The notes: generated from the sequence alone by a model not told the origin. A DNA stretch of 64,000 nt from Candidatus Cloacimonadales bacterium (GCA_963677495.2 CAXXOU010000002.1:32001-96000); one strand, 5' to 3'; counted from the stretch's first letter, positions 19,451 to 30,915 are shown. Program-made: numbers and translations.

Positions 19451-19578
19451 TTTATATGGGCTTAATATGAATAGCCCCGGGTTTTGTGAACCTGGGGTCA
19501 AGTATCCCCATAAGTCATTTAGAACCCTAAGGGGACAAGATAAAGCATTTGCTATCAGTTTCACAGCTATTTAGCTCT

Positions 19579-19721
19579 CACTCTTCTGCTATAATCAATA
19601 TTCATTAGATATTTCAATCTTATCAAATTCGTGTCTAAGACCTGTTAAAGAATAACTACATTCTAATAGGGATTCAACAGGTGTCTCATTCTAGATGGAT
19701 GATAATTGTAGCAGAGCAGTG
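19579..19721. repeat. Palindromic element with TGCTCTGC termini (CTATT subfamily)
   Basis: Reverse complement CACTGCTCTGCTACAAT...GAATGAGACACCTGTTGAATCCCTATTAGAATG aligns to 13728 CATTGCTCTGCTACAAT...GAATGAGACTCCTATTGAAACCCTATTCAAATG. Confidence 0.7.
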
Positions 19722-19747
19722 ACAGTATAATGATGTTGCTCAAATAG

Positions 19748-20150
19748 CGTAGGGGCACAACAACTTGTGCCCGTGTAAACTGATTTTGTGACAGTTGATA
19801 GGATGTTTTCTGTATTATGTGGTGACATCAAAGGGGTGTAGCTGTCACCGTGCGACCGAATGGGAGTTGGGTGAATAGCGGAATATTACATGGTTCATCA
19901 CTATGAGTCCAACTCGTTTTTAAATATTCCAGGAAGTCCGTTTTCGGCACACTTCCGTGTACTTCAGACAAACTCCATCAGGAGCTCAGTAGTTTTCTTT
20001 TTCGTGCAAGTCCGAAGTTGTGTGAGAAGACAAACCGACACAGTCGGTTAAATCCACAATATAGTAGATTTCGTTCCCGCCAAGAACCTTCGCTTATCAG
20101 CTACAGCTTCTCAGGCATTATCGTTGCGATACAGATCTGAGATTAGTTCT
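19748..20150. repeat. Mosaic REP-like module cluster
   Basis: CGTAGGGGCACAACAACTTGTGCCC; TGTAGCTGTCAC..GCGACCGAATGGGAGTTGGGTGAATAGCGGAA; GAAGTCCGTTTTCG..GACAAACTCC; GTAGATTTCGTTCCCGCC. Confidence 0.8.
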
Positions 20151-20166
20151 CATAACTACTTAGGGA

Positions 20167-20847
20167 TTATCTAACTTTGAAATGCTTAAGCTTGTTTGTT
20201 ACTTCTTCTTGGATAAGGTTCTTTTCTAATGATTTGAAATCTTCTCTAGTCGCAATCTTATCGATGCAACCATCTTTCAGGAGTATGAAGCTATCACAGA
20301 TGTTTGAAAGAGAGGAGAGGATGTGGGAAGAGATTATTACTGTTTTGCCTGCCGCTTTCAGACGGAGAATTATTTCAGATAGAAGGATGTTACTTTGTAT
20401 ATCAACTCCATTGAAGGGTTCATCCAGAAGAAATATGTCATTTGATTGCAAAAGGATGGCTGTAAATGCAAGCTTCTTTTTCATACCTGTAGAGTAGGAT
20501 GTGGCAAATCTGTATAGAGGTAGGTTGAAGATATTACTTTGCTTAAAATTGGGCTTTGAAACTCCCTTGGCATTACAAATTAGCTGTAGATATTCTTTAC
20601 CAGTTATTAATGAAAGAAAGGTGGGATTGGTTGGAAGATACGCTATTCGCTGTAATGCTTCTTTTGAGGGAAAAGTAATAGTACCAGAATAATCCAAGAG
20701 ATTTGCCATGCATTGGAAAAAGGTGGTTTTACCGGCTCCATTAGGCCCAATAAGTCCGTAGATGTTTCCTTCTTCGAAATCGATTGTTATATTATCAAGT
20801 GCTTTTACTTTTCCAAAGTGTTTGCTGACAGCTTTTAATGAAATCAT
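20167..20847 (-). CDS. ABC transporter ATP-binding protein
   Basis: GPNGAGKT, YSTGMKKK, LLDEPF, SSH. Confidence 0.9.
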   Translation of the reverse strand: MISLKAVSKHFGKVKALDNITIDFEEGNIYGLIGPNGAGKTTFFQCMANLLDYSGTITFPSKEALQRIAYLPTNPTFLSLITGKEYLQLICNAKGVSKPNFKQSNIFNLPLYRFATSYSTGMKKKLAFTAILLQSNDIFLLDEPFNGVDIQSNILLSEIILRLKAAGKTVIISSHILSSLSNICDSFILLKDGCIDKIATREDFKSLEKNLIQEEVTNKLKHFKVR

Positions 20848-21770
20848 AATAAAATACCCTTTAGTTGTTTCTTTGCCCGGTAGTAGAAATAGGGGAATGC
20901 GATTATTGAAAACCCGGGGAATAGAACTGTGAACAGTAATAGCATACCTTCTTTAAGGGAAGGTTCATCTGGAAAAGCTGAGTATTTACTGACTACTGCA
21001 GTTAGTACAATACTGATTCCAAGGAATAATGCCAAGCCAATTAGGTGTAGCCCATTGGAGTCGATTAGTATAGAAGTTAATGTTGGAATCAGGGCTAGCC
21101 CGAAGTATGACAGAACTGCTTCTTTCAATTTATAAAGTAAGAACTTGTTGGGAGTAAGCTTGAAAACCCAGACAAAATAGGGTTCTTCTATTTTTAAGTA
21201 ATAGAATAAGCTTAGGATTGAAAGAGCAAGAATGACGAAAATGCTTAAATAGAAGTTTGAATATCTATAGGCAGTGTAGGATAAATAGTATCCAAAGAAA
21301 ATCAGATAGAAGGAAAGTCTGAACCCTATGATAAACTCAAAAGGATGCTTATAAAAGGGAGTGGGTATAGGCTTTGCTTCAAACTTAACAGGATCAAAGT
21401 ATATTGATGCTAAGCAAACAATCAAAGCTCCGAGACTTAACAGGGCTGAGCCTGCGATAAACAGCATTATTACGAAAGGGGAGAGCAAAAGAAGGTTTTC
21501 AGTTATTCTAATTCTGTGATAGTCTTTTTTAGTATAAGTTGTTCTTAAAAAGTAAGCATGTTTGGAATTGCTCAAACTCAAGGGATTGTAGAGAGCTAAG
21601 CCGGCATAGATGTATTGAAAGTTCTTTATGGTCATAAAAAGAGCACTTGAGAGAGCAGTGAACCCTCCAATTAAAAGAATTAGTGCAAGAATCAAGGGGA
21701 TTTGTAATCTATCAATCTTCCTTAAGAACCTAAGCTTTTGAAGTTTTAGATAGAACTTAACTACATGCAT
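20844..21770 (-). CDS. ABC transporter permease (multi-TM membrane protein)
   Basis: Multiple hydrophobic segments; ATGA overlap with the ATPase. Confidence 0.7.
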   Translation of the reverse strand: MHVVKFYLKLQKLRFLRKIDRLQIPLILALILLIGGFTALSSALFMTIKNFQYIYAGLALYNPLSLSNSKHAYFLRTTYTKKDYHRIRITENLLLLSPFVIMLFIAGSALLSLGALIVCLASIYFDPVKFEAKPIPTPFYKHPFEFIIGFRLSFYLIFFGYYLSYTAYRYSNFYLSIFVILALSILSLFYYLKIEEPYFVWVFKLTPNKFLLYKLKEAVLSYFGLALIPTLTSILIDSNGLHLIGLALFLGISIVLTAVVSKYSAFPDEPSLKEGMLLLFTVLFPGFSIIAFPYFYYRAKKQLKGILL

Positions 21771-21802
21771 ATAACCTTCAATATAGTTTGTAACTAATGG
21801 AA

Positions 21803-21891
21803 TGGCGGAGAGTCAGGGATTCGAACCCTGGGTACGCATAGCGCACAACGATTTTCGAGACCGCCCCGTTCAACCGCTCCGGCAACTCTCC
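21803..21891 (-). tRNA. tRNA-Ser (CGA)
   Basis: GGAGAGTTG...GCGGT-CT-CGA-AA-ATCGT, long variable arm, GTTCGAATC, CCA. Confidence 0.95.
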
Positions 21892-22347
21892 TTATTTACG
21901 TTTAGAACTAAAGAAATTTTTCAAGATAGAGGAGCATTCCTCTTCAAGTATTCCCTTAACAATTTCAGGATGATGATTAAAACATTTATTCCTGAGAACA
22001 TCATAGATAGAACCAACAGCACCTGCTTTATCATCAGAAGCACCGAAAACAACTGTTCCCACTCTGCTCCATAAGATTACACCTGCACACATCACGCATG
22101 GTTCTAGTGTTACATATAATGTGTAATCATTCAGATAGATATTTGACTTAGCAGATAGCATTTCGTCAATGATTAACTTTTCTGCATGTGCTAAAGGGTT
22201 ATCTAATTGCTTTGTCCTATTATGATTAGAAATGATAACTTTGTTATCCTTAACAAGCACAGCCCCAACGGGAATTTCACCCTCTTCAGTGGCCAAAACA
22301 GCTTCATTTAAAGCAAAACGCATCCAATATTCGTGATTATATTTCAT
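21892..22347 (-). CDS. tadA: tRNA adenosine(34) deaminase
   Basis: EIPVGAVLV, AHAE, TLEPCVMC, FF..KR C-terminus. Confidence 0.92.
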   Translation of the reverse strand: MKYNHEYWMRFALNEAVLATEEGEIPVGAVLVKDNKVIISNHNRTKQLDNPLAHAEKLIIDEMLSAKSNIYLNDYTLYVTLEPCVMCAGVILWSRVGTVVFGASDDKAGAVGSIYDVLRNKCFNHHPEIVKGILEEECSSILKNFFSSKRK

Positions 22348-22392
22348 AAAAGTAGAAAGGGGCTATACAGCCCCTTATTTAAATTTGTCTGA

Positions 22393-23715
22393 TTATGGAC
22401 GACCTATAGCGAAATAGGTAAATCCTTTATCTTTTAATTGTGTTGGTTTGTATTGGTTTCTACCATCGAAAAGAACAGGTTTTGCCAATTCAGATTTGAT
22501 TCTATCGAAATCAGGGTACCTGAATTGATGCCATTCTGTAACAAGAAGAAGTGCATCAGAGTCTTTGAGAACCTCATATTGATCTTCAATATAAGTAATA
22601 CCTTCAACACCGGCAAGACGGCGCTTTGCTTCATCCATAGCAACAGGATCATATACTCTTACTTTAGCACCAGCTTTTAGAAGACCATCAATAATAACTA
22701 ATGATGGAGCTTCACGCATATCATCAGTTTGAGGTTTGAAAGAAAGTCCCCAGATGGCAAAGGTTTTACCTGTAAGGTCATCTCCAAAATGAGCTTGAAC
22801 CTTTTTGATGAGCACTTTCTTTTGTTCATCATTTACATCTTCAACTGCTTGAAGAACGCGAGAAACAACTCCCATCTCTTTTTCCATTGCAATAAGAGCT
22901 TTCACATCTTTAGGGAAACAACTTCCTCCATATCCAACACCGGGATAGATGAATTTGTAACCAATGCGAGTATCTGAACCGATTCCATGTCTAACTTCAG
23001 CAATATCTGAACCCATCTTCTCACAAAGAGTAGCGAGTTCATTCATAAATGATATCTTCGTTGCAAGCATTGCGTTTGCAGCATATTTAGTCATCTCAGC
23101 TGAGCGAATAGACATAGTGATAACTCGGTCACTGCTTCTATTGAACGGTTCGTATAAAGCTTTCATCAATTCACCAACACGTACGTTATCAACACCAACA
23201 ACAACACGATCAGGTTTCATTGAATCTTCTATAGCTGCACCTTCTTTGAGGAATTCAGGGTTAGATACAACATCATATTCGAAATCTGTACCTCTTTCAT
23301 CTTGAATCTTAGCTATTTGAGCTTTAACTTTATCAGCTGTGCCAACAGGGACAGTAGATTTATCAACAACGACTTTATAGTCATTCATATAGTTAGCAAT
23401 ATCACTTGCAACTGCTAGTACATATTGCAAATCAGCAGAACCATCTTCATCCGGAGGAGTACCAACAGCGATGAATATGATAAGGGATTCTTCTACAGCA
23501 GACTTAATATCAGTAGTGAATTTAAGTCTACCCTCAGAAGCGTTTCTTTGCACCATCTCTTCGAGACCCGGTTCCCAGATAGGGATTTTACCATTGTTGA
23601 GCATATCAATTTTAGTTACATCGTTATCTACACAGATAACGTCGTTACCCATTTCTGCAAAACAAGTTCCTGTTACTAAACCGACATAACCGGTTCCAAC
23701 AACTGCTAATTTCAT
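22393..23715 (-). CDS. ugd: UDP-glucose 6-dehydrogenase
   Basis: [34 protein letters not shown]. Confidence 0.93.
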   Translation of the reverse strand: MKLAVVGTGYVGLVTGTCFAEMGNDVICVDNDVTKIDMLNNGKIPIWEPGLEEMVQRNASEGRLKFTTDIKSAVEESLIIFIAVGTPPDEDGSADLQYVLAVASDIANYMNDYKVVVDKSTVPVGTADKVKAQIAKIQDERGTDFEYDVVSNPEFLKEGAAIEDSMKPDRVVVGVDNVRVGELMKALYEPFNRSSDRVITMSIRSAEMTKYAANAMLATKISFMNELATLCEKMGSDIAEVRHGIGSDTRIGYKFIYPGVGYGGSCFPKDVKALIAMEKEMGVVSRVLQAVEDVNDEQKKVLIKKVQAHFGDDLTGKTFAIWGLSFKPQTDDMREAPSLVIIDGLLKAGAKVRVYDPVAMDEAKRRLAGVEGITYIEDQYEVLKDSDALLLVTEWHQFRYPDFDRIKSELAKPVLFDGRNQYKPTQLKDKGFTYFAIGRP

Positions 23716-23724
23716 TTTATCTCC

Positions 23725-24747
23725 TTAGTAAGTATTATAACCTTCAGGGTTCCTTACTTGCCAATTCCAGGCATCTTTACACATATCTTCAAGAGACAAC
23801 TCAGTTTTCCAATTAAGGAGTCGATTTGCCTTTTGAGGATCTGCATAGCTTATGGGAATATCTCCCATTCTTCTCTCTTTAAACTTATATGGAATCTTCT
23901 TACCGGATACAGTCTCGAAACATTTTATTGCATCTAATACACTGTAACCGATTCCAGTTCCAAGATTAAACACATCAATGTCATGCACTTTGTCCATGTA
24001 GTCAAGTGCAGCTAAATGCCCATTAACAAGGTCAACAACGTGAATATAATCACGAATGCAAGTGCCATCAGATGTTTCATAATCGTTTCCATAAACATCT
24101 AAATTTTCACGTTTGCCTAAAGCTACGTCTGTCAAAATCGGGAAGAGATTTGTAATTGTACCTTTTGGGTCTTCACCAATCAATCCACTTGGATGAGCAC
24201 CAACCGGATTAAAGTACCTCAAAATACTTATATTCCAACTATTGTCTGACTTATGTAAATCAAAAAGAATGTCTTCAATCATTTTTTTTGATCTACCATA
24301 CGGACTATCTGCTGAAGTTGGTGTTGTTTCGATTATGGGGAACTCCTGAGCATTTGAATAAACTGTTGCTGATGAGCTAAATATAAGGTTTTTCACATTA
24401 TGGAGTGTCATTGCTTTTATAAGATTAACTGATGAGAACAGATTGTTATAGTAAGTAGTAATGGGGTCAATTACAGATTCACCAACAGATTTATTACCAG
24501 CAAAATGAATTACTGCATCTATTTTGTTCTGCTCAAAAACCTCAGCTAAAGAATTAAGATTACAAAGGTCTACGTGATAGAAAACGGGAGTTGTATCAGT
24601 AATAGCATGAATCCTATTTAATACTTCAATCTTACTATTAGTGAGATTATCAACAATAACAACATCATAACCCTTTTGAATTAGGGCAACTGCAGTGTGG
24701 GAACCAATGTATCCGGTACCGCCTGTGAGAAGAATTGTTTTAGACAT
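23725..24747 (-). CDS. galE: UDP-glucose 4-epimerase
   Basis: GGTGYIGSH, FSSSATVY, YGRSK, LRYFNPVGAH, RDYIHV. Confidence 0.95.
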   Translation of the reverse strand: MSKTILLTGGTGYIGSHTAVALIQKGYDVVIVDNLTNSKIEVLNRIHAITDTTPVFYHVDLCNLNSLAEVFEQNKIDAVIHFAGNKSVGESVIDPITTYYNNLFSSVNLIKAMTLHNVKNLIFSSSATVYSNAQEFPIIETTPTSADSPYGRSKKMIEDILFDLHKSDNSWNISILRYFNPVGAHPSGLIGEDPKGTITNLFPILTDVALGKRENLDVYGNDYETSDGTCIRDYIHVVDLVNGHLAALDYMDKVHDIDVFNLGTGIGYSVLDAIKCFETVSGKKIPYKFKERRMGDIPISYADPQKANRLLNWKTELSLEDMCKDAWNWQVRNPEGYNTY

Positions 24748-25296
24748 CTATTTAACTACCCTTACCTTGCTAGGTGCGACTGTTACTTGCACCGCTTGAC
24801 TTAGCATATTCACTTTTAGAATTATCTTATCTAACTCATCATGTGAAAGTACGAGACCTGTTAACCCTTTTAGAGGACCATCCGTAATGCTTACTTCTAT
24901 CCCTTTATCTATGAACTCATGAATCGCAAATTCTGCCCCTTTACTTCTGTAAGAATAAATATTGTTCAGTTCAGAAAGCAACTCCCTTTCATTTTGAATC
25001 TTTATTACTGAAGCTATAGCACCGGAATAGAACAACGAGTTCATCTCCTCAGCACTCGCTTTGATGAAGATATATCCCGGGAACAATGGTTTTGTGAATT
25101 TCACTTTCCTATATTGATATGTTTTAATGCTGTCGAAAAGGGGGAGATAATAGCAGATATTATTCTTCAAGGCATAATCAGCAAGTTTCTTCTCAGCTCT
25201 GGATTTAGTATGAATAACTCGCCAGATGTGTGATGAATCGGATGGAGTTAGTTCTCCATTGAGTTCAACAATATCTATAGGTTTGTGTGTTGCCAT
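24748..25296 (-). CDS. NusG-paralog transcription antiterminator (UpxY/RfaH-like)
   Basis: WRVIHTKSRAEKKLA, PLFPGYIF NGN domain; VSITDGPLKG KOW domain; sugar-gene context. Confidence 0.85.
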   Translation of the reverse strand: MATHKPIDIVELNGELTPSDSSHIWRVIHTKSRAEKKLADYALKNNICYYLPLFDSIKTYQYRKVKFTKPLFPGYIFIKASAEEMNSLFYSGAIASVIKIQNERELLSELNNIYSYRSKGAEFAIHEFIDKGIEVSITDGPLKGLTGLVLSHDELDKIILKVNMLSQAVQVTVAPSKVRVVK

Positions 25297-25302
25297 TAAA
25301 TT

Positions 25303-25334
25303 AAAAAAAGGAGCTTAAGCTAGGCCTAAGCTCC
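25303..25334 (-). terminator. Intrinsic terminator immediately upstream of the NusG paralog
   Basis: Minus strand GGAGCTTA-ggcctagct-TAAGCTCC-TTTTTTT. Confidence 0.75.
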
Positions 25335-25342
25335 AATATTCT

Positions 25343-26650
25343 TTATAATAATGTGATATTTGGTGCAGAGATGCCTTTTGTAGCATTTCTAGTATCAAGA
25401 ATATCAACACCGGAATTAACGATTGTTTGATAATCATAACAGCTATGAGCAGTTACGATCATTATGAGGTCATAAGATTTGAGATTTAACTCATCCCATG
25501 GTTTGGTCTCATAATGCTTGTCGTTGAATTCGTTATGGAACGGAGACTCAACGTGTGGATCGTTGAGGTCGAATGTTACATTAAGATCTTCAAGCTCTTT
25601 GATAACTCTTTCAACCGGAGATTCTCTTGGATCTGCAATATCTTTTTTATAAGCTACACCCAAAACTAAAATCTTAGCTTTAGAGATACTTAAACCTTTG
25701 TTGTTGAGCATTTTGATAGAACGTTGAACAACATACTCAGGCATAGAGTTATTAATCTCACCAGCAAGCTCGATAAGTCTTGTGTGATATGTGAATTCAC
25801 GTGCTTTCCAAGTTAAATAGAAAGGATCAAGAGGAATACAATGCCCACCGATACCAGGACCAGGATAGAAAGCCATAAAGCCATAAGGTTTTGTTTTAGC
25901 TGCTTCAATCACTTCCCACATATTGATACCCATTCTCTCACAAAGAATAGTCATTTCATTTGCAAGAGCGATATTGATGTTACGGAATGTATTCTCATAA
26001 ATCTTTTCCATTTCAGCAATTTCAGGGCTTGAAACTGTATGGATAGGTGCTTCTAGAATAACCTCATAAAAAGCTTTTGAGATGGCATTACATTTCTCAG
26101 ACATACCACCAACAACCTTATCAGTATTTGCTGTGTGATAATCTGGATTTCCAGGATCAACACGTTCCGGAGAGAATGCTACAAACATATCTTCACCAAT
26201 AACGAATCCCTTCTTCTCTAAGGCAGGAACAACTATTTCACGAGTAGTGCCCGGATATGTTGTACTCTCAAGGATAATAAGAGTATTCTTTGATACAACT
26301 TCAGCTAATGAATCTGTAGACTCTCTAACATAAGAAGAATCCGGTTGCTGGTACTTATCCAATGGTGTTGGAACAGCTGTCATAATAATGTCAGCTTCAT
26401 GAAGAGGGGCATAGTCAAGTGATGCACTTAATAAGCCTTTTTCAACAAGCTCTTTAAGTTCGTTGTCATCAACGTCTCCAATGTAGTTTTCTCCCTTGTT
26501 TACAGAAGTAACCGCATGCTCACTTACATCAACGCCTAAAACTTTGAAGCCTTTTCTAGCAACAGCTACAGCCATTGGTAAGCCAACATAACCTAAGCCT
26601 ACAACTCCAATAACAGCAGTTCTGTCATGAATCTTCTTAATCATATCCAT
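25343..26650 (-). CDS. Nucleotide-sugar 6-dehydrogenase (WbpA/WecC/TviB family)
   Basis: GLGYVGLP, ESTTYPG, SPERVDPG, GGHCIPLDP. Confidence 0.9.
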   Translation of the reverse strand: MDMIKKIHDRTAVIGVVGLGYVGLPMAVAVARKGFKVLGVDVSEHAVTSVNKGENYIGDVDDNELKELVEKGLLSASLDYAPLHEADIIMTAVPTPLDKYQQPDSSYVRESTDSLAEVVSKNTLIILESTTYPGTTREIVVPALEKKGFVIGEDMFVAFSPERVDPGNPDYHTANTDKVVGGMSEKCNAISKAFYEVILEAPIHTVSSPEIAEMEKIYENTFRNINIALANEMTILCERMGINMWEVIEAAKTKPYGFMAFYPGPGIGGHCIPLDPFYLTWKAREFTYHTRLIELAGEINNSMPEYVVQRSIKMLNNKGLSISKAKILVLGVAYKKDIADPRESPVERVIKELEDLNVTFDLNDPHVESPFHNEFNDKHYETKPWDELNLKSYDLIMIVTAHSCYDYQTIVNSGVDILDTRNATKGISAPNITLL

Positions 26651-26679
26651 TTAAATCCTCCAATTATTATGTTTATCTA

Positions 26680-28086
26680 TCAATATCTATAATGTTCAGG
26701 CTTGTAAGGTCCTTTAACTTCAACACCTATATATTCAGCCTGTTCGGGTGACAATTTTGTTAACTTCACACCAAGCTTGTCAAGGTGTAATCTAGCAACT
26801 TCTTCATCTAGTTTTTTTGGTAACCTGTACACGATATTATCATGGTCATTTTGCCATAATTGTAACTGAGCTAATACCTGATTAGTAAATGAATTACTCA
26901 TTACAAATGATGGGTGTCCAGTTGCATTACCAAGATTCACTAAACGACCTTCGCTGAGAAGAATTATACAATGACCATCAGGGAAAACTATCTTATCAAC
27001 TTGTGGTTTGATGTTTACTTTAGTAACTCCAGGAGTTTCATAAAGCTTATCTACCTGAATTTCATTATCAAAATGACCAATATTACAAACAATTGCTTGG
27101 TCCTTCATTGCCTGCATATGCTCAACAGTAATGACGTCTTTATTTCCAGTTGCTGTAACAAATATATCTCCTGTTGCAAGGTAATCTTCAACAGGACCAA
27201 CAGTAAGTCCATCCATCGCAGCTTGTAATGCACAAATAGGGTCAATTTCAGTTACAACAACTCTAGCTCCGAAACCGTACATTGATTTAGCACATCCTTT
27301 ACCAACATCACCATAACCGCAGACAACTACTTGTTTTCCTGCAATCATGACATCGGTACCACGTTTGATGCCATCAGCAAGAGACTCTCTGCATCCATAT
27401 GTGTTATCAAATTTAGATTTTGTTACTGAATCATTAACGTTGATAGCTGGGAATGGTAACTCACCCGTTTCCATGCGTTGATAGAGCCTGTGAACACCGG
27501 TTGTTGTTTCTTCACTAACACCTTTGAGTTTTGAAGCCATATCCTGCCACTTGGTTGGATACTTCTCTAAGTCTTCGATTATTGCTTGTTGCAGTATTGC
27601 GAACTCTCTATTATCTCTAGTTATAATAGGAAGTTTACCTGAAGAAGCATACTCTTTTTCAAGCTTTGCTCCTTCAAGAATCATCAGTGTTGCATCTCCT
27701 CCATCATCAACAATAAGGTCTGGTCCATCAGAATTACCCCATGTAAGTGCTTGTTTTGTACACCACCAGTACTCTTCAAGAGTTTCACCTTTCCATGCAA
27801 AGACAGGTATATCTTGTGTAGCAATAGCAGCTGCTGCATGGTCTTGTGTGGAATAGATATTACAGCTAGCCCATCTAACCTCAGCTCCTAAAGCAACTAA
27901 AGTCTCTATAAGAACAGCTGTCTGGATTGTCATATGAAGGCTGCCGGTAATCTTAGCTCCTTTGAGAGGCTTTGACTCACCATATTTATCTTGTAAAGCC
28001 ATGAGACCAGGCATTTCAGATTCAGAGATTTTAATCTCCATCTTACCAAAGTCAGCTAAACTAATATCTTTAATCTTATAATCCAT
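26680..28086 (-). CDS. ahcY: S-adenosylhomocysteine hydrolase
   Basis: [50 protein letters not shown]; start MDYKIK at 28086. Confidence 0.97.
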   Translation of the reverse strand: MDYKIKDISLADFGKMEIKISESEMPGLMALQDKYGESKPLKGAKITGSLHMTIQTAVLIETLVALGAEVRWASCNIYSTQDHAAAAIATQDIPVFAWKGETLEEYWWCTKQALTWGNSDGPDLIVDDGGDATLMILEGAKLEKEYASSGKLPIITRDNREFAILQQAIIEDLEKYPTKWQDMASKLKGVSEETTTGVHRLYQRMETGELPFPAINVNDSVTKSKFDNTYGCRESLADGIKRGTDVMIAGKQVVVCGYGDVGKGCAKSMYGFGARVVVTEIDPICALQAAMDGLTVGPVEDYLATGDIFVTATGNKDVITVEHMQAMKDQAIVCNIGHFDNEIQVDKLYETPGVTKVNIKPQVDKIVFPDGHCIILLSEGRLVNLGNATGHPSFVMSNSFTNQVLAQLQLWQNDHDNIVYRLPKKLDEEVARLHLDKLGVKLTKLSPEQAEYIGVEVKGPYKPEHYRY

Positions 28087-28099
28087 TTTGAATCCTTGA

Positions 28100-30358
28100 T
28101 TATCTTCTTCTGTTATCTCTATCTCGTCCACCACGACGGTCTCTGTCACCACCACCACGTCTATTGTCATAACGACCTCTTCCACGGTCACGGTCTCTGT
28201 CGCTACGTTCCCTTGGTGGAGCTGGTTTTAAAGCTTCCTCGTCCGGCTCAGGATTTCCTTCAATACCTTTCATTGAAAGCTGAACTTTACCATTATCTGA
28301 ACCTGTGTATCTTACTTTTACTGTATCTCCTACAAACAAGTATGAAGCAGGGCTACTGATTCTTCTCTCATCAAGTTTAGAAACGTGAACAAGACCTTCC
28401 TTGCAACCACCCATGAACTTCACGAATACACCGTATGATTCTACACGTGTAATAAGACCTTCATAGATTGCGTTCATCTCAGGATCTCTATAAATGTTTC
28501 CAATCATCTCTTTAGCTGCATTCATACTAGCTGCATCGCTAGCAAAGATACGAACAAGGCCACTATCCTGTATATCGATTTCTGCCTGTGTCTGTTCGAT
28601 GATTGCTTTAATATTCTTTCCTCCAGGTCCAATAATCTCGCCTATCTTATCTGTAGGAACATTAATTGCCTCGATTGCTGGAGCGTATGCAGAAAGATTT
28701 TGTCTTGGTTCCGGAATAGCTTTATCCATCTGCTCAAGAATATGCATTCTGGCAACGTGTGCTTTCTGAAGAGCTAATGACATGATGTCTTTAGTTATAC
28801 CATCTATCTTGATATCCATCTGCATAGCAGTTATACCATCTTTAGTACCTGCAACTTTGAAATCCATATCACCAAGGTGATCTTCAAGACCCATGATATC
28901 TGTTAGAACAACAAAATCATCATTTTCCATAATAAGACCGTTAGCAATACCTGCAACAGCGGCCTTTATAGGTACACCGGCAGCCATAAGTGCTAAACTT
29001 CCACTACAAATAGTCGCCTGTGATGATGAACCATTTGATTCTGTAATTTCAGATACTACTCGGATTGTATAAGGGAAGTCATCTTTACTTGGCATTACTA
29101 TTGATAAGGCTCTTTCAGCAAGATTACCATGACCGAGTTCTCTACGTCCCGGACCTCTCATGAAGCCTGCTTCACCAACACTAAATGGTGGGAAGTTATA
29201 ATGTAAGAAGAAGTTTTTCTTATATTCCTCATCAAGCCCGTCAATAATCTGTTCGCCGGCAGCACTACCTAATGTAACTGCACCTAATGATTGAGTTTCA
29301 CCTCTTGTGAATAATGCAGTGCCATGAACTCTTGGAAGTACATCAATTTCACAAGTAATATCTCTGATATCATCTAATCCTCTGCCATCAACTCTGTGAT
29401 GATCAAATAGAATGGCATGACGAACAAATTTCTTTATGAGATCATGGTATCCGTTTGCAAACCATCTTTTCTGTTCTGCAAAATCATCTTCACTAAGTGC
29501 TTCTTCGTAATCAGCTAACATCTGCTCTTCGATAGCATCAAAAGCTTGGTTACGCTCTAATTTACCATCAATACCGGCTGCTTCTTTAACTTTAGCTCCA
29601 TACTTCTCTTCAAGGTCTTGCATGATTTCTTCAGGAACAAGGTCAAGCTTAGGAACTATCTTTTCTTTACCGGCAACTTCAATAAACTCAGTCTGCATCG
29701 CAATAACTTTCTTAATCTCTTCATGACCTGTATAAACAGCTTCAAGAAGTTGGTCTTCTGAAAGCTCATTTGCATGTGCTTCAATCATTACAATAGAGGT
29801 CTCTGAACCTGAAATTGTAAGGTTCAGTTTTGATTCCTCATGAAGCTTATCATTTGGAGGGTTTACAACAAACTGGTCATCTAAATAGCCAACTGTGATA
29901 CCGGCAATTTTTCCATTGAAAGGAATGTCTGAAATCCCAAGTGCAGCTGAAGCAGCTGAAACTGCCATGATACCAGGATCATTAATGCCATCATATGAAA
30001 GTACAGTTACAACAACATGAACTGCATTTCTGAATCCCTCAGGGAATAAAGGTCTGATTGATCTATCAACGATACGAGCGTTGAGTGTTGCATTAGTTGA
30101 AGGTTTAGCTTCACGCTTGAAAAAACCACCCGGAATCTTACCGGAGGCATACATCTTTTCTATGAAATCTACTGTTAATGGGAAGAAATCTGTGAACTCT
30201 TTTGGCTCTTTTCCCATTGTTGCTGTTACAAGAATTGTTGTTTCACCTTGTGTTGCTAAAACTGCTCCATTAGCCTGCTTAGCAATTCTACCTGTTTCAA
30301 AGGTTAACTTTGTTCCACAAAGATCCATCTCTTTTTTAATAATATTAAAATTATGCAT
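28100..30358 (-). CDS. pnp: Polyribonucleotide nucleotidyltransferase
   Basis: [38 protein letters not shown] and S1 domains; start MHNFN at 30358. Confidence 0.97.
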   Translation of the reverse strand: MHNFNIIKKEMDLCGTKLTFETGRIAKQANGAVLATQGETTILVTATMGKEPKEFTDFFPLTVDFIEKMYASGKIPGGFFKREAKPSTNATLNARIVDRSIRPLFPEGFRNAVHVVVTVLSYDGINDPGIMAVSAASAALGISDIPFNGKIAGITVGYLDDQFVVNPPNDKLHEESKLNLTISGSETSIVMIEAHANELSEDQLLEAVYTGHEEIKKVIAMQTEFIEVAGKEKIVPKLDLVPEEIMQDLEEKYGAKVKEAAGIDGKLERNQAFDAIEEQMLADYEEALSEDDFAEQKRWFANGYHDLIKKFVRHAILFDHHRVDGRGLDDIRDITCEIDVLPRVHGTALFTRGETQSLGAVTLGSAAGEQIIDGLDEEYKKNFFLHYNFPPFSVGEAGFMRGPGRRELGHGNLAERALSIVMPSKDDFPYTIRVVSEITESNGSSSQATICSGSLALMAAGVPIKAAVAGIANGLIMENDDFVVLTDIMGLEDHLGDMDFKVAGTKDGITAMQMDIKIDGITKDIMSLALQKAHVARMHILEQMDKAIPEPRQNLSAYAPAIEAINVPTDKIGEIIGPGGKNIKAIIEQTQAEIDIQDSGLVRIFASDAASMNAAKEMIGNIYRDPEMNAIYEGLITRVESYGVFVKFMGGCKEGLVHVSKLDERRISSPASYLFVGDTVKVRYTGSDNGKVQLSMKGIEGNPEPDEEALKPAPPRERSDRDRDRGRGRYDNRRGGGDRDRRGGRDRDNRRR

Positions 30359-30380
30359 TTCTGCTCCTTTTCTGATTTGT

Positions 30381-30457
30381 GTCAGTCGGGACAAAAAGCA
30401 ATAGATTAAAGTCATTGATGAATGAACTTAATGTATTGCTTAACACCCGATACTGAC
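30381..30457 (-). promoter_or_regulatory. Long pnp-leader hairpin (putative RNase III site)
   Basis: GTCAGT-CGGG..AAGCAATAGATTAA..TTAATGTATTGCTT..CCCGATACTGAC imperfect long stem between rpsO terminator and pnp RBS. Confidence 0.6.
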
Positions 30458-30513
30458 TTAACTGTAATTTAACGATTCAAAATAAAAGGGGGATATAAAT
30501 CCCCCCTTCAACA

Positions 30514-30783
30514 TTATCTTCTTAAGCCTAATGCTTTTATAATAGCACGATATCTTTCAATATCTTTGTCCATAAGGTAATTAAGAAGTCTTCTACGTTT
30601 ACCAATCATTTTAAGTAAACCTCTTCTGGTAGAAAAGTCTTTCTTATGAACTTTCAAATGCTCGGTTATCTCTTTAATTCTTGTAGTTAAAAGAGCGATC
30701 TGAACTTCAGGACTTCCTGTGTCACCCTCATGGAGTTTAAACTCTGCCATGATAGCCAATTTGGCCTCTTTCTTCAACGCCAT
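30514..30783 (-). CDS. rpsO: 30S ribosomal protein S15
   Basis: [22 protein letters not shown]. Confidence 0.98.
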   Translation of the reverse strand: MALKKEAKLAIMAEFKLHEGDTGSPEVQIALLTTRIKEITEHLKVHKKDFSTRRGLLKMIGKRRRLLNYLMDKDIERYRAIIKALGLRR

Positions 30784-30804
30784 TTCGTTTCTCCTTTAGA
30801 TTTA

Positions 30805-30915
30805 TGAAACTCCACTTAATTTTCGGCTCTATATTTGTAAAGAAAATTCTATCTATTATAGTGTTATTAGCTTGCTTGATCTAGTTGTGGTATTGTTAGA
30901 ATTAAGTGAGTTTCA
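30805..30915 (-). promoter_or_regulatory. Putative structured rpsO leader
   Basis: TGAAACTCCACTTAAT (30805) pairs with ATTAAGTGAGTTTCA (30901), ending just upstream of the RBS. Confidence 0.5.

Noticed and set aside
20167..21802. Genomic island integrated at tRNA-Ser
   Set aside because: No integrase and no duplicated tRNA 3' end found downstream.
28087..28191. N-terminal extension of AhcY (VVV-rich) given by the ORF track
   Set aside because: It is the alternate frame of the R/D/G-rich PNPase tail; the likely start is MDYKIK at 28086.
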